Assembly (NCBI GenBank): GCA_032718475.1
Contig: JAUCBJ010000825.1
Location: 26,301 to 90,300, forward strand
Reading direction: 5' to 3'
DNA from: Nemertoderma westbladi
Lineage: Eukaryota > Animalia > Xenacoelomorpha
Length of the DNA: 64,000 nt
Shown here: one piece after another, positions 51,486 through 64,000 of the stretch
Layout: every line of letters begins with the position of its first letter
Position numbering within the stretch: position 1 is the first letter of the stretch
Program-made: the position numbers and the translations under genes
The notes under the pieces: model-generated
Database searches by the model: none
What the model saw: the letters and a program-made list of their open reading frames with translations, nothing else
Told to the model about the DNA's origin: nothing

Positions 51486-54400
51486 ATGCCGAAGAGAAAG
51501 GCGACGATTTGCACTCACTGCCTTGGTACTGAAGGCAAACGGAAACACAATCGGACAACATGCCCGCGACGTGAGAGGGGTCTACCAGCGGTACTTCCAT
51601 TCCATGGTTAGTTTTATTATTAGGCCTATATTTGCGCTTGTCTTTCATCGTAGGCCTATCTGCCTGTCTATTGTATTATTTTTGCAATATATATTAGACA
51701 TACGCCTAAACGCTGTTGCTATAGAGTGACTACAAAACAAAGACCCAAGACCAAAATAATAAAGACCTGCATAATATTGTAACAGTTGTTAAGTTTCGTT
51801 TAATGTTGTTGATCCCCCATCAAGCGTCTGTGAGCTGCTCCTTTATTATTAACCTTTAAATGGCAATGGCACCTAACACTCTTTGGGACCTGTACAAAAC
51901 AAAGAGGTAAAATCGCCTTGCATCCCAAAGAGCGTAGGTCCCAAAGAGCGTTAGGTCCCATTGCTATTTAAAGGAGAAGGTTAGTAAATGATCAGGTTAC
52001 ATAGGCGTATTAGCGGAACCAAAACAATAAGCGAAAGTTAACACGTGTTTTATACAGGTCTTTGTTATTTCGGTCTTTGGTCTTTGTATTGTAGTGACCC
52101 TGCTGCTATATTGATATGATACTTCTCTTGATATAGGCTACAGTATACACTGATACCAGTTAAATACTCAATTCTGCAATTATTGATAGGTCTATCCGGG
52201 GTTTTCTGCCCATACGAAAAATACGAGGATTTCACATTTCGACATGTCGACTTGTTATTGGAATTTTATATATTATTTTATATATAGCCTACTTATTAAG
52301 CGTTTTATATCGCATATTTCTATATTCGTTTATTGTTTTGGTTAGAATCAGCAGTTCTGTAACCCATAACCTGGGTTGTTGGTGAAAGCCTGGTATGCTT
52401 CACATGGAGCGAATAAACACGGGTTTTCGTGCAGTCAAAAACTAAAAGGACGTGTTTCACACTCACATAATTTTGAAATTTAAGCTTATATTTAATACAT
52501 TAATAGGCCTACTAAAAAGGAATTACAATATCGTAATATCATAGAATATAGCAGGCCTATTTATCTGACTACTGTACTAACAATACTATAAAAATAAACT
52601 GTTGCGCCACAAGTAATATTGATTTCATGATTATTGTTGCACATACATTGCTAAATAATTATTGTAACATAATCGAGGTTGCTAAGTATTGAATGGCTCG
52701 CTGTAAGAGTATTATTAATAAACATAATTCAATAATTCAAATTGTATTATTTGAAGAAAAAGAACCATTACTGCTAGTAGTACCGGTGGTAGTACCTGTA
52801 GACTTTCAGTAGTACAAAATATATTGTCCGGATGGGTTCAGGGGTTATGTTGCTACCACCAAATTCATATATTTTAACTATTTAAATTTATCACATTCTT
52901 TTTTTATCATATATTTAACTATTGTTTAAGATCGTCACCTATAATTATTTAAATGGCAGTTCAATTTTATTTTAATATACATTTTAACGAGGACCCCTTG
53001 GGAGACAAGGTCTTTACCTCAAGGGTCATGCATTCTTCGAGGCTAATGTACACCATAAACATTGTAATCTACATACAATTTTAAATAATCAAGGTACGAG
53101 AGACATAATTTTTAATCTACATACAAATTTTTAATTCAACCTGTGATTCTAATTAATTGGTAACTATAAATTAAATATTTTCAGTCATTTTAATGTGATT
53201 TTAAATGTGATTTCAAGTGATTTTAAGCGTGATTTTAATGTGATTTTAATGTGATTTTAAAGTGACGTTAAGCGTTATTTTAATGTGATTTTAAGCGTGA
53301 TTTTAATGTGATTTTAAGCGTGATTTTAACTTTTAACTTAGCCTGCATACATTTATAAATTCGATTCGTGATTTTAATTAATTTGTGTTACTGAGCTTTA
53401 AACCTACATAATTATTCTTTTTAAAATTCAATTTGTGATTTTAACCAATTAGATTTTGTGCCTTGTGTAAAATCAGTGTTAACTACTTTCAGTTTAAAGT
53501 GCATATCTTTACCTGTTGTTGCTATCGTTCCTATACTCTATTAGTCCTCAATAAATAAACTAGCCCTATGCTGCTATGGCGACGTGTTCTGATATCCCCA
53601 TTATATATCCTGTACTGAATTATCGTGTGATCATGCCATAAATCCATTCTCGTGGAACTATCTACGTTTTATATTCTGATATTTACAATATTTATATTTT
53701 GATATGTTTTGTTAGTATGATTAATAAGTTGTGGTTTCTAAATATGTGTACCGGTATCTCTATAATTTTGCACTGTAATGCATTTTGTTTATGTATATAG
53801 CAGTATCGTACATTATGCGCAACTATAATGTATATTATTGTTTAATCATTGCATAATATATTAACTATAACAATGTGTAGGTGAAAACAATAGCGGTACT
53901 TTAGACTGACACGCGGTAGGAACATAGAAAAGCAAAACATATGTCCTTATTAATTAGTTTATTAACTAATTAATCCATAGGAAAACGATCTCATATGTTA
54001 TACTTTCCAATTAATAGTATTTTTATACAAATAATAAATTTTATGTTCTAGTATTTGGCGACAACAATCAAGTCTCCACGACCCAAGGAACTGTAACAGC
54101 AGCTGTTCCACCGATCCCCCCTATGAGTTCCAACAACCAACAACAACATCAAGGTAGTGATACCAATATAACCTTAATTCATATATCACGCAATATGTTA
54201 TATAACTTTTGTAACCCCCTTTGTAACATATCTAAACCATTGATAGTGCAGAGAGTGATAATAAATATGTTATATATATATATATATATAATAACAGTGT
54301 AATTCCACAGTAACTAGATAATATTTATAAATAATATTGGATTTAATTTCGGTAATATTAATATTTATGTTCTATTGCAGATAACAACACTCAGCCGCCA

Positions 54401-57400
54401 CATCCACCAAACGGCACTCAGCCGCCACCACCACCAGTAGCTCGGCTATATTCTGACGTTGTTCGCACTCCAACAAGTGAAACCCGTTAGGATTTGTATT
54501 TAATATATTTATTATAATAATTAAAATATCTTAATTTAATATTAATGTTCGCAAAGAAATGACAAATTTCTTCGAATTTAGATTTCTTTAGTTCACTAAA
54601 TTAATAATATAATAAAATAATAATAAATTTTATGTTCTAGTATTTGGCGACAACAATCAAGTCCCCACGACCCAAGGAACTTCAGCAGCGGTTCCACCGA
54701 TCCCCCCTATGAGTTCCAACAACCAACAACAACATCAAGGTAAGTGAAACCAATATAACCTTAATTCATATATCACGCAATATGTTATATAACTATTCCT
54801 ATGTTGCAACAGGACTGACTACCTTTGTAACGTAACAAAACTATTGGTTGTAATATATCTTTATGAACGAACGCAGAGTGTGACAATAAAAAATATATTA
54901 TAAGTAAACTGGATAATTTTTATGTGAATAATATTGTTTTAAATTTCGGTAATATTAATATTTATGTTCTATTGCAGATAACGAGCCGCCACAACCACCA
55001 AACGGCACTCAGCCGCCACCACCACCAGTAGCTCGGCTATATTCTGACGTTGTTCGCACTCCAACAAGTGAATCCCGTTAGGATTTGTGTTTAATATTTA
55101 TATATTTATAATAATAATTATTATTAATGTATGCAAAGTAATTGTTCGAACTTAAATTTCATTAGTTTACAAGTCTTGAAACATCTTAGATTACCCTGAG
55201 GCTGATCTCTCTTGGCTATTACCTGTTTGACATTTCACTACTTCCCTAACAAAAGCAAAATTTCCATATCATTGGGTTGATTAAGAAGTTGTATCTGACA
55301 CGGTCTGGGATCGAACCCGGAACAACAAAGCTAGAAGCTGTAAAAATTTGGGATTAAACAGTAATTCCACAGTTAATTGATAATTCTTATGTGAATAATA
55401 TTGGATTAAATTTCGGTAATATTAATAATAGTATTTGTTTTTCTATTGCAGATAACGACACTGAGTCGCCAGAACCACCAAACGGCACTCAGCCGCCATC
55501 ACCATCGGTAGCACAGCTATATTCATCAACAAGTCCATCAACAAGAGAATCACGTTAGTATTATTTAATAAATTTATTATAGCTAAAATAACGATAATTA
55601 TTATTACTGCACGAAAACATAAGAATACCTATTCATTTGTACTTAATATATATTTCCATAAAGTAAAATTACCGGTCTTATAAAGTAAAGTTACCGGTGA
55701 TCTTGTGTCGAGAAACATCACAGATAACCTATATAGGCTCATCTCTCTTGGCTTTTACCTGCAAGGCAGTAAGACTTTCACACTAACTCTCCATGTTAAC
55801 CAATCTGTAACTACCCAACCCTTTTCGTTATGCCCAAAAGTAAAGATAACTAAAAACCCATATCGCTGAGTTGGTTTAGAAATTGTAACTGACTCGGTTT
55901 GGGATCCAACACACGACCTCCCTACTCGAAGCTTTAATCAATTAGTCATTATAGAATAACTACTGTATTTGCATGTTTTAAAAGTAATATTTTGTATATT
56001 TTTATTGGACTATAAACATACCCAATAATTAGGGGGATCGCATACATATAAAAAACAATAACAATAATCATATTATTATCACTAACATTACATTAATTCA
56101 GCATTAAGCATTAATTAATATTAAGCTTAAAATTAAAAGGTTAAAGATATTATTAATTATTATATTATTTTTTAGATTTAAATGCAAACCATCCTACTCA
56201 GCACCGAGTTACTATATCGGATATCCAAAGACTAAGGAATGCAGTGGCAACAGAAGGCCGACGTGTTGTGGAGTGTGGCGGCGGCGGGGACTGTCAGTAC
56301 CTCGCCGTTTCTGTTTCCGTTGACGCCCTACTCGGAGAAAGACAGCAATTAACTTCTATTGAACTTCGTAATGCCGTTGCGGAGGAGTTAGAAAGAAATA
56401 GAAGTACGTATGTACCATTTATAGCCACTGTAGGAGGCAGAGAGCAAGATCAACAATATAATAGATATGTGGATGGGGTACGTAATGGGGGGGCTTGGGG
56501 GGATCATATCACACTAACAGTTATGGCCAAAATACTTCATATCAAAATTGTCGTTTTCCATACGGGGGTCAATGGGTACACGTCAGTAGGTGAGGGCAAC
56601 CAATCAATAAAAATTGGATTTCTTCACCAACAGCAACATTATGTAGCCCTTTTAACTAATCGAAATATTCCAGAACCAATCTGTAATCAATATGTGATTT
56701 CTTCTCCCAATATGCCATCTCTGTTTACTGTACCAAACTGCGCTACTGATACACAGACTAACGAACGGACGGAGCAACCAATGACGGCATCTGACGGACA
56801 GACCAACAGCCGACAGGACGATGACATGACAGGGTTGGGACCTGAAACTTTTCCTGACTGGGGGACCAACACTGACTCAGGCAGACAGACCAACAGCCGA
56901 CAGGACGATGACATGACAGGGTTGGGACCTGAAACTTTTTCTGACTGGGGGACCAACACTGACTCAGGCAGACAGACCAACAGCCGACAGGACGATGACA
57001 TGACAGGGTTGGGACCTGAAACTTTTCCTGACTGGGGGACCAACACTGACTCAGACGAAGCAATGACAAACGGACAAGACGAGGGGGGTGATGGGATGAC
57101 GACCGACAACGGACAAACTGGGGAGCAAGATGATGAGGGAGATCTGGGTGGACGGTGCCAAAACTGTCTGAGAATGTCAGTTGAGGAGATGCCCATTAGG
57201 ACGCGGTGGTATCACGGAAACATTTTAGGGAGGGAGTTTGGGGAACTTAGGCTGAATGTGAGGCAGAGGGGGGCTAATGTCGAGCGGGATTTCGTGCTCT
57301 GCACAGAATGTTTTAATTATCTAACCGTAAAAACTACTCACCCTAAGTGGCGGGACGGTTGGGCAGCTTGTCTTTGGACAAAAGTTAAGAATTCACGGGA

Positions 57401-59516
57401 CGGTAAAATTTGGGGGGCAATTCCACACAGTTTGAGGCAATCTTGGGCAGGAATGGAGCATCGCTTCTCTAGGGCAGTTAGGGCACACTTGGGGGACGAG
57501 GCAAAATTTAAGGACATTACTGTTAATAGAGAGTGGCAACTTCGGGAGAAAAATTCACACATTGACTACAGATTTGTTAAAGCATTAAATATGAACTATT
57601 TAATGGATGTTAAGTGCCCACTAGGTTGCGATGAGTATATCGAATTTGTAAACTTACTTCCTTTGAAGCACTTTTTGCATCTATTCATTCCAAAATTTCA
57701 GGCATTTAAAGCCAACAAACTTTTAATCCGCGGCATTCGTTCCGATTACCCTGAAGACTGTCCCACTGATTTGGGTTACATTGTTAAACCGTCTCTGGTT
57801 GTATGTCCAGATCAAGGATTGTGTGTAGCTTTTTGTAGGGGCCATAAAGATGCTGAACACGAATATATACACGTACCCAAACACCCTGGACAAGACCCAC
57901 TACAATATCCTGACAGACTTGCACCAGCGACAGTGACACCAAATATAGTTAGGGACACAAATATTGGACAATTTACTAGTAGTTTACCTGTAGTTAAAGA
58001 AATAGGGGGTTACCATGGCATTAGTAGTACTTCTCTTGCGCCATTGGTTGAATGTAACATCCAAGATAACCGTCTGTTCTCTGATGAGAGACTTGTTCTC
58101 GAACAGAGACCAGATATTTTACAGTGTACTCTTAATAATCAAGTGTTGGGGGAGTGTTGGGCTAAGGAAGTTTTAACATATGCGGATCCTTATCCAGAGG
58201 ATTTAGTAGAGCATTGTATGAAGGGAGCAACATATGTACCGATAGGGGGGGCATACCAACAGTGGCAGGATTATGTAAAATTAGACAAAGGTAAGAAGGA
58301 CGGACATAAAGACTATGCACTACCACTAGTACATAAGACAGACAGACATGGAGCTGACTCTTTCCAAATAAGTTTAAACCCTATGCTACCACTTACATCT
58401 TCATCAGCTCAACTTCTTGCACATTCCCCACCCATGTATAATTTACTGATCTCGAACAAAGACAAGGACAAATATACCAAAATTTTAACGGATACTACTC
58501 ATAAGACTTTAAATTCAGTAAGACCTCAAAGTAGCCTTAAAGACGAAACAGAAGTTACACTCAGTGAGCGCGTTTCAAATCAGCATGGTTTAACAGCACT
58601 ACAAAAGGCTACCACAATCCTTAGTAATACTATACCGGGGGTTCAAATGAGGGATAATTTAGGTCAATCAAAAGGGGGTGAAGTAGAAATATTTATTAGA
58701 AATCCATGCAACAGACGGTTTAATTATAATCTAATAGTTCTTAATGGTCAGGGGGGTGCTGATAATTTAATTATGAATGATGGGGAATATTATGTGCAGG
58801 CTATAGGTAGTAACGAGGGTATACTATTTAGGTGGGGTGAAGATTACTTTTTTCAAGATACTTTGGGAATCAAATTTAAGGACAATTTAAATACATCAAA
58901 TATTTTAAAAAATTTCTCTTACGTACTCTTTTGTAAATTAACATCTGGGGATGGGCCTGACAAAATTAAAGAACTTTCCAATCTAGCTGGCCAATCAAAA
59001 TTAAAATGCAATCTGCACCCACTCGATTATTTAATAAAGTTACAGTTAATCAACAACCACCCATGTAGTATTGAAGGGTGTACTAAAACTGCTCGGTACA
59101 AGTGTCCACATGGAATCCAACTGTTCGACTGCCCCGTTTCGCTTTGCTACACACACGCTAAACCGCTCATTCTGCTCCCACATGAGACCCTGGTTAACAC
59201 GCCAAGTCTGCAGCAAATGAACCGTGTTCCTGAACGAGCCGACCATCCTCCAGAGGAGATTAGAGACAGCGAGGAGGAGGTGTTAGGGAGATTCAACGAC
59301 CAACCAGACCAAGATGTTCTCCGTTACATCGAGATACTCGACCGCAGTATTGGTCTCGTTGGAGCCCACGCACTATCTGAGGTACCATCAGATGTATCCA
59401 CTCTCTTATCCAATCCTCAGAAAGTGCCCATCTACGATATCAATATCTCCTCGAGAGTCCACATTCTCCTCAACCAACACCCAGTCAAAATCCACCCTAG
59501 CAAAAAGCTTGCATAA
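51486..59516 (+). CDS. Multi-exon Zn-knuckle / Pro-Gln repeats / OTU cysteine-protease / Cys-rich protein, likely truncated transposon (Helitron-like) protein
   Basis: Exons 51486-51606 (CTHC..HNRTTCP), 54052-54153, 54381-54485, 54641-54739, 54978-55076, 55452-55553, 56176-59516, all introns phase 1 with GT-AG; OTU motifs GDCQYLAVS, WGDH, HYVAL. Confidence 0.7.
51724..52100. mobile_element. Palindromic MITE in intron
   Basis: Imperfect arms gactacaaaacaaagacc / ggtctttgtattgtagtg; inner inverted repeat ctctttgggacct / aggtcccaaagag. Confidence 0.65.
53187..53330. repeat. 11-12-bp minisatellite
   Basis: (ttttaatgtga / ttttaagcgtga)n. Confidence 0.85.
55190..55930 (-). mobile_element. Two degenerate tRNA-derived SINE-like fragments flanking an exon
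   Basis: B-box GGTTCGATCCC on the minus strand near 55308-55319; blocks 55190-55330 and 55725-55925 are mutually similar. Confidence 0.45.
56798..57054 (+). repeat. 87-bp coding repeat x3
   Basis: QTNSRQDDDMTGLGPETFPDWGTNTDSGR repeated. Confidence 0.9.
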
Positions 59517-60632
59517 TGCTGGCATGTGACACAACCGCTGCACTTTACATACTTGTGCTAACAAATTGCAAGCATTTTGGTTAACATCACAGTTAATGCT
59601 ATTTTATTGTGTTTTTAATAAATAGAGTAAAACATTGTTATAAATGTCAAATTGTTAATGTAATGCAAGCTATTAATTAATCATTTGCTATATCCGCCAT
59701 GCTGGGGGGAGATATTTAGTGCTTGTAATATGTAAGCTTTATGCGAGCTTAAAATTGTTTAATTTTCTGCTAACTTATTGCAGACATTATGCTAGCTTAA
59801 AATTACGATTATGTGATTTTTATAAAAAGATTACCCATAATGTATTGCAAGCAGTGATTCATGATTGGGCATAGTCTGGGTCATTAATAATAATTCATTT
59901 GTCAAATTTATTTTTAATAAACTATTTAGTTATTGCATTATTCATCCATCTGCGATCTGTGCGATGGCTTACTGGCTAGTAATAATATAAACTGTAATAC
60001 ATGTACAGTTGTACGCCTCGACCTAATGACTGTCATATCCTTTACCTCAGCGCAGCTTGAACTTACTGGTGCTGGATGTCCCGTAGCTTTCTACTGTAGG
60101 TAGAAATGGAGAATGCAGGACCAGGAAGGGACTACCATCCTGCCTACTGCCAGACTGTGGACTGCATGATCTACGTCTTGTATGTACGTCTTGTACGTGT
60201 ACCTGAGTAGAGTACCGTACCGTACTGCCGTACAGTCTTACCTCTGCCTGTGGCCTGTCTGTACCTACAGTCTGACACTGACAGTACAGTCTAGCAGTCT
60301 AGTACAGTGTAGTACAGTAGTACTGTCTGACTGTAGTAGCTTAGGACTGTAGGACAATCAGACAGTAGGACAGCGGACAGGTTTATGTTCTGATGTTGTT
60401 TGTCAGTTTGTAGTTCTGTAGTTGGATGTTGGACATATACAGCAGTACAGTGCAGTTGCAGCCTGTGGTGAGCGTGAGAGAGAACTGGAGAAGGAGAAGT
60501 GAGACTGAGATTGGCCTACAGATACTCTGATACATGCACAATGTCTGAATGTATGACGTACGTCAGTACGTACATGTCCAGTCAGTCAGTAGGCCTATTT
60601 CTGTATATCAGTACCGTCGGTCCTCAGTATAT

Positions 60633-60810
60633 GCCACGTTGGAATTCCTGAATTCATGCTGCACACTCAGACGCGTACCGGCAGACCGGTAGGCCTACCT
60701 GCTACCCAGCTACCGGTCAGCCGGTACCTGCCAGCCTGCACCGCTGCACCTGGCTGCCTGGGCGAATGAAATGACCGCAAACCAGATGCGTGTTCGGGTG
60801 AGACAGGCTG
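60633..60810 (-). mobile_element. Degenerate end of the 24018-24916 element family
   Basis: gaattcatgctgca...aatgaccgcaaaccagatgcg...ggtgagacagg is the reverse complement of about 24826-24916. Confidence 0.7.
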
Positions 60811-60990
60811 ACAGGTGCTCGTTCTCGTTGTGCATTTCAGCATTACTGCATTAAATACTACTACTGTACTAAGCGCCGAATGGCGAACGCAAGTTCGGAT
60901 GATCTTATAAAATAAAATAGAAATAAAACTTTTCAATAGGGCAGCCAGGGCTGGAAAAAACATATTTACTTACAATATTTACTTACATAG

Positions 60991-61420
60991 GTCAGTTAGG
61001 AACACTGGTCACTTTCTGGCTGAAGCTCAGCCAAAAATTGTCCACATATTTACAGCCAGAAAGTGTCCGTGCAGCCACTATTTGTCCTTCACAGGCTGCG
61101 ATTATATTTCCGGACATATTTGGCTGTTACTCCAATAGTACTCAAAGCAGAAGCTGGGCACATTTTTATTTTTAATATTATGACTGTATGATAGTTATCC
61201 CAACGATGAGATTCTAATTCTCAAATCAATTTATACAGAATTTTATGGCGATTCTAATGGCATAATTTTTAGAATGCCAATGTTTAAATTTCACTGCCGG
61301 TTTTCAAATGAAATTTAGCATTGTTTTCTATGGAGAAATTTCACTCTGAGAGCGTTTTCCGCGGACACATTCTGGCTGTAAATTGGACATATTGTGACCA
61401 GTGTTCCTGACCAGCTGACT
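60991..61420. mobile_element. MITE
   Basis: Inverted AGGAACACTGGTCAC / GTGACCAGTGTTCCT at 60998-61012 and 61394-61408. Confidence 0.65.
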
Positions 61421-63045
61421 GTAGGTACTGCAGTAGGTCTACTGACATAGGCCTATCTCGATCGGGATATATCAACCTTTCCAAAATGCGGGCTAAACTC
61501 TTTCCGGTTTATTAATAATCCGGTTATTAATAGGCCTACTGTAATACCGGCAGACCGGTACTGAAATATGGAGTTGGAATCCATTATCGATATTTCATTA
61601 TATACCGGCCAGGGCTGGCAAAAACCTTAGGTTTTTCAAAACAAAAATTAGGTTTTTGCAGGTTTTTGGAAGGTTTTTGCAGGTTTATTGAATGTTACCG
61701 CTAGGTTTTTGTAGTATTTCTTTCAGGCTGTATTTGTATGTTGATTGATTAGATTGACCTGACTGCCTGAGCTTGATTGGTTTATCAGTTCATTCGTTAT
61801 GGTTAGATAAATTATATGGGGCCGGATTTGTAATAATAATAGCCCTACAGTAATACTGTAAAAAAAAAATAGTAATAATATCAATTTGATCAAGATTATA
61901 TTTTATACAGCCCATTGCCTTGTAGATACAGATAAACCTACAATATATTATATTACAATAAATAATCGATTTAAATTTTGTTTTAAAAAGGGATAGGGTA
62001 ATATTAGCAGATTAGTCAGTCCAGCAGTGAGGTTTTATTGTCGGCATAGTTTAAGACAGAAACTCAAGAGTCTGTACATGTACATTTTATGCGCATGAAA
62101 CCAAAATATTTTTGTCATCAGAAATTTTCAAAAACACAAGCAATTTGGCTCTTTTTGTGATCAAAAACCTAAAAACCTAGTTTTAGGCCCGTATGCTAAG
62201 TGACTTTTTTGTGCGCCGAACGCGACGCGGCGCAGATGTGCGCCTGCGCAGTCGAAAACAGTGCAAAATCCGCGTGGAAAAAATTGTGCGCCGAACGCGT
62301 TCGGCGTACATGCCCTACTTAGCAGAATGGGTTTTAGGCTTTTTTCAAATTAAAATTTCAAATAAAAACAATAAAAACACCCCTTCTGTCTTGGAGTTGT
62401 GGGGGCCTTCTGGTCTGGAACTCCTGCCTGCTGCCATTTTAGAGTCGAAGCAGTTGAAGTTTCAGCAGTTGAAAGTTTAACTTCTCTTTCTGTCCTTGAC
62501 TGAATATTTTTATCATTAAATTGCAGTTTTGCACACATTTATAACTTTTTTACACCTTACAGCCTTATCCGTGCACTTTGACTTTTACTATTTTGCACAG
62601 ATTACCGTGCACTTTTGGTGTTTTTCACACAATTCTGCGCACTTTTATTTCAATTCCGCGCACTTTTACCGCGCACTATTTCAAAACCGCGCATAACGCG
62701 TTGCGATTTTTGCACTCCATTGGCAGCCTGGAATATCAGATAGTGCTGTTACAGACTGACAGTGGTATAATTTTAAGCCAATTAGGAGGCCCCTTGTTCG
62801 ATCCCTTGTTGCCTTGACCGTGTAGCACTGTTTTCTGTTTGTGCAGTGTTTTAAAAACGGTCCTCCGAATAACCCCAAACCAAAAACCTGGTCAAGTCAA
62901 GGGATCGAACCAGGGCCTCCTACGTCTGTACGTGGAATGCACTCCCCAGTTTCTGGTTAAAATTCCCTAGTTTATTTTAGTTTATTCTTAGTTATTTGTT
63001 AGTAGTGTTTTTTCTGTCTGAGATATTACAGGATTAGATGTATGC

Positions 63046-64000
63046 ATGATGACTTCTGTTAGACAATTGGCTAGGGAAAGGAAGCGTAAACTAGATGATG
63101 AAGTTGCTGAAGTATTTGGGAGTATTAAAGTTGCATCTTTAATTAATTCCAATCCAACTGACTCTCCACTCCCAGATATTCAATCTGGCTCGTGTAGTTC
63201 GAGTGCTGGTACAGTTATATCTGTTCAGGAATTACAAGAAATAGGATCAGGTTCAGATTTTGAACATTTTACTGATGATGCCAGTGATGGTGAAGTTGAA
63301 AGATACTGTAATGGTGGTGGTAGTAATAATACGAATGTCAATAATAGTACCGGTAATAATGGATCTATGGTTGTTAGTCACAGTCCCAATAGGCATGAGC
63401 ATTCTTCGTTTCTTTGTTGCAAATTGGCTTCATGTTTGGATGAGAATCGTGCCAACATATCTAATAATGTATTTTCTTCAATATTGCGAGTTTTGCATGA
63501 ATATCACCCTTCCCTTCCCATCACAACTTCTGTGCTACTTAAAGATCATCAAAGTATAGTGCCCTATTCGGAATGTGTTGTTTATCCATGCTCAGGGGGT
63601 TTTATGGCATTTTTCGGTTTTGAAAACAGTAATCTAAATGCAAATAGCAAACTTTTGGTAAACATAGATGGTGTCCCTCTCTCGCGTTGTTCTGGGCTCA
63701 CACTCTGGCCGATTTTAGGTTGCGCCTATGGATCTAGTCAACCTTTTCCAATGGCGTTGTGGGCTGGAAAGGTAGGTAAACCTACTGACATAGATCAATA
63801 TTTAGGTAAGTTTGTGGTCTTGATTCAAGGATCACTTATCAAGCCATACTTGTTAATAGCGGATTCCCCAGCTCGTAGTTTGATCTGTTGTACCAAGTCT
63901 CATGGTGGATATTTTTCATGTAACTACTGCCATATCCCTGGTGAGGCATGGCCACCTGCTCCAGAAAGATTTGAAAAGGTTATATATCCTGGAAATAGGT
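63046..64000 (+). CDS. CACTA/EnSpm (CMC)-type DDE transposase, runs off window end
   Basis: Open frame from ATG 63046 (not in the supplied ORF track): NIDGVPLSRCSGLTLWPILG..PF..GKP..L..FV..ADSPARS..KSHGGYFSCNYC. Confidence 0.85.
   Translation, partial: MMTSVRQLARERKRKLDDEVAEVFGSIKVASLINSNPTDSPLPDIQSGSCSSSAGTVISVQELQEIGSGSDFEHFTDDASDGEVERYCNGGGSNNTNVNNSTGNNGSMVVSHSPNRHEHSSFLCCKLASCLDENRANISNNVFSSILRVLHEYHPSLPITTSVLLKDHQSIVPYSECVVYPCSGGFMAFFGFENSNLNANSKLLVNIDGVPLSRCSGLTLWPILGCAYGSSQPFPMALWAGKVGKPTDIDQYLGKFVVLIQGSLIKPYLLIADSPARSLICCTKSHGGYFSCNYCHIPGEAWPPAPERFEKVIYPGNR

Noticed and set aside
63260-63559. 99-aa hydrophobic ORF
   Set aside because: Alternate-frame shadow of the transposase ORF starting at 63046.

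Overview
Eukaryotic (metazoan-type, AT-rich, GT-AG introns) genomic DNA, not prokaryotic. 1-12.8 kb holds the last six coding exons of CFAP52/WDR16 (+). Four of its six visible introns begin with minisatellites (60, 36, 29 and 45 bp units) whose unit is the 3' end of the preceding exon plus its 5' splice site, giving roughly 190 extra donor sites. All four arrays sit at AG|GT junctions; the two non-AG|GT donors have none. 13.6-21.3 kb: a degraded CR1-group LINE interrupted by an RTE LINE and a solo LTR. 21.5-23.8 kb: a 3-exon orphan membrane-protein gene (-). 24-40.6 kb: four-level nested transposons, including a young non-autonomous BEL/Pao retrotransposon with an extra zinc-knuckle ORF. 41-45 kb: a LINE 3' end amplified into a 44-bp satellite. 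46.9-59.5 kb: a divergent intron-containing gene pair (Zn-knuckle/OTU large protein plus a Cys-motif protein), possibly a truncated giant Helitron-like element. The window ends with MITEs and a CACTA/EnSpm-type transposase. All calls are by eye; family names rest on recalled motifs, with no database search.
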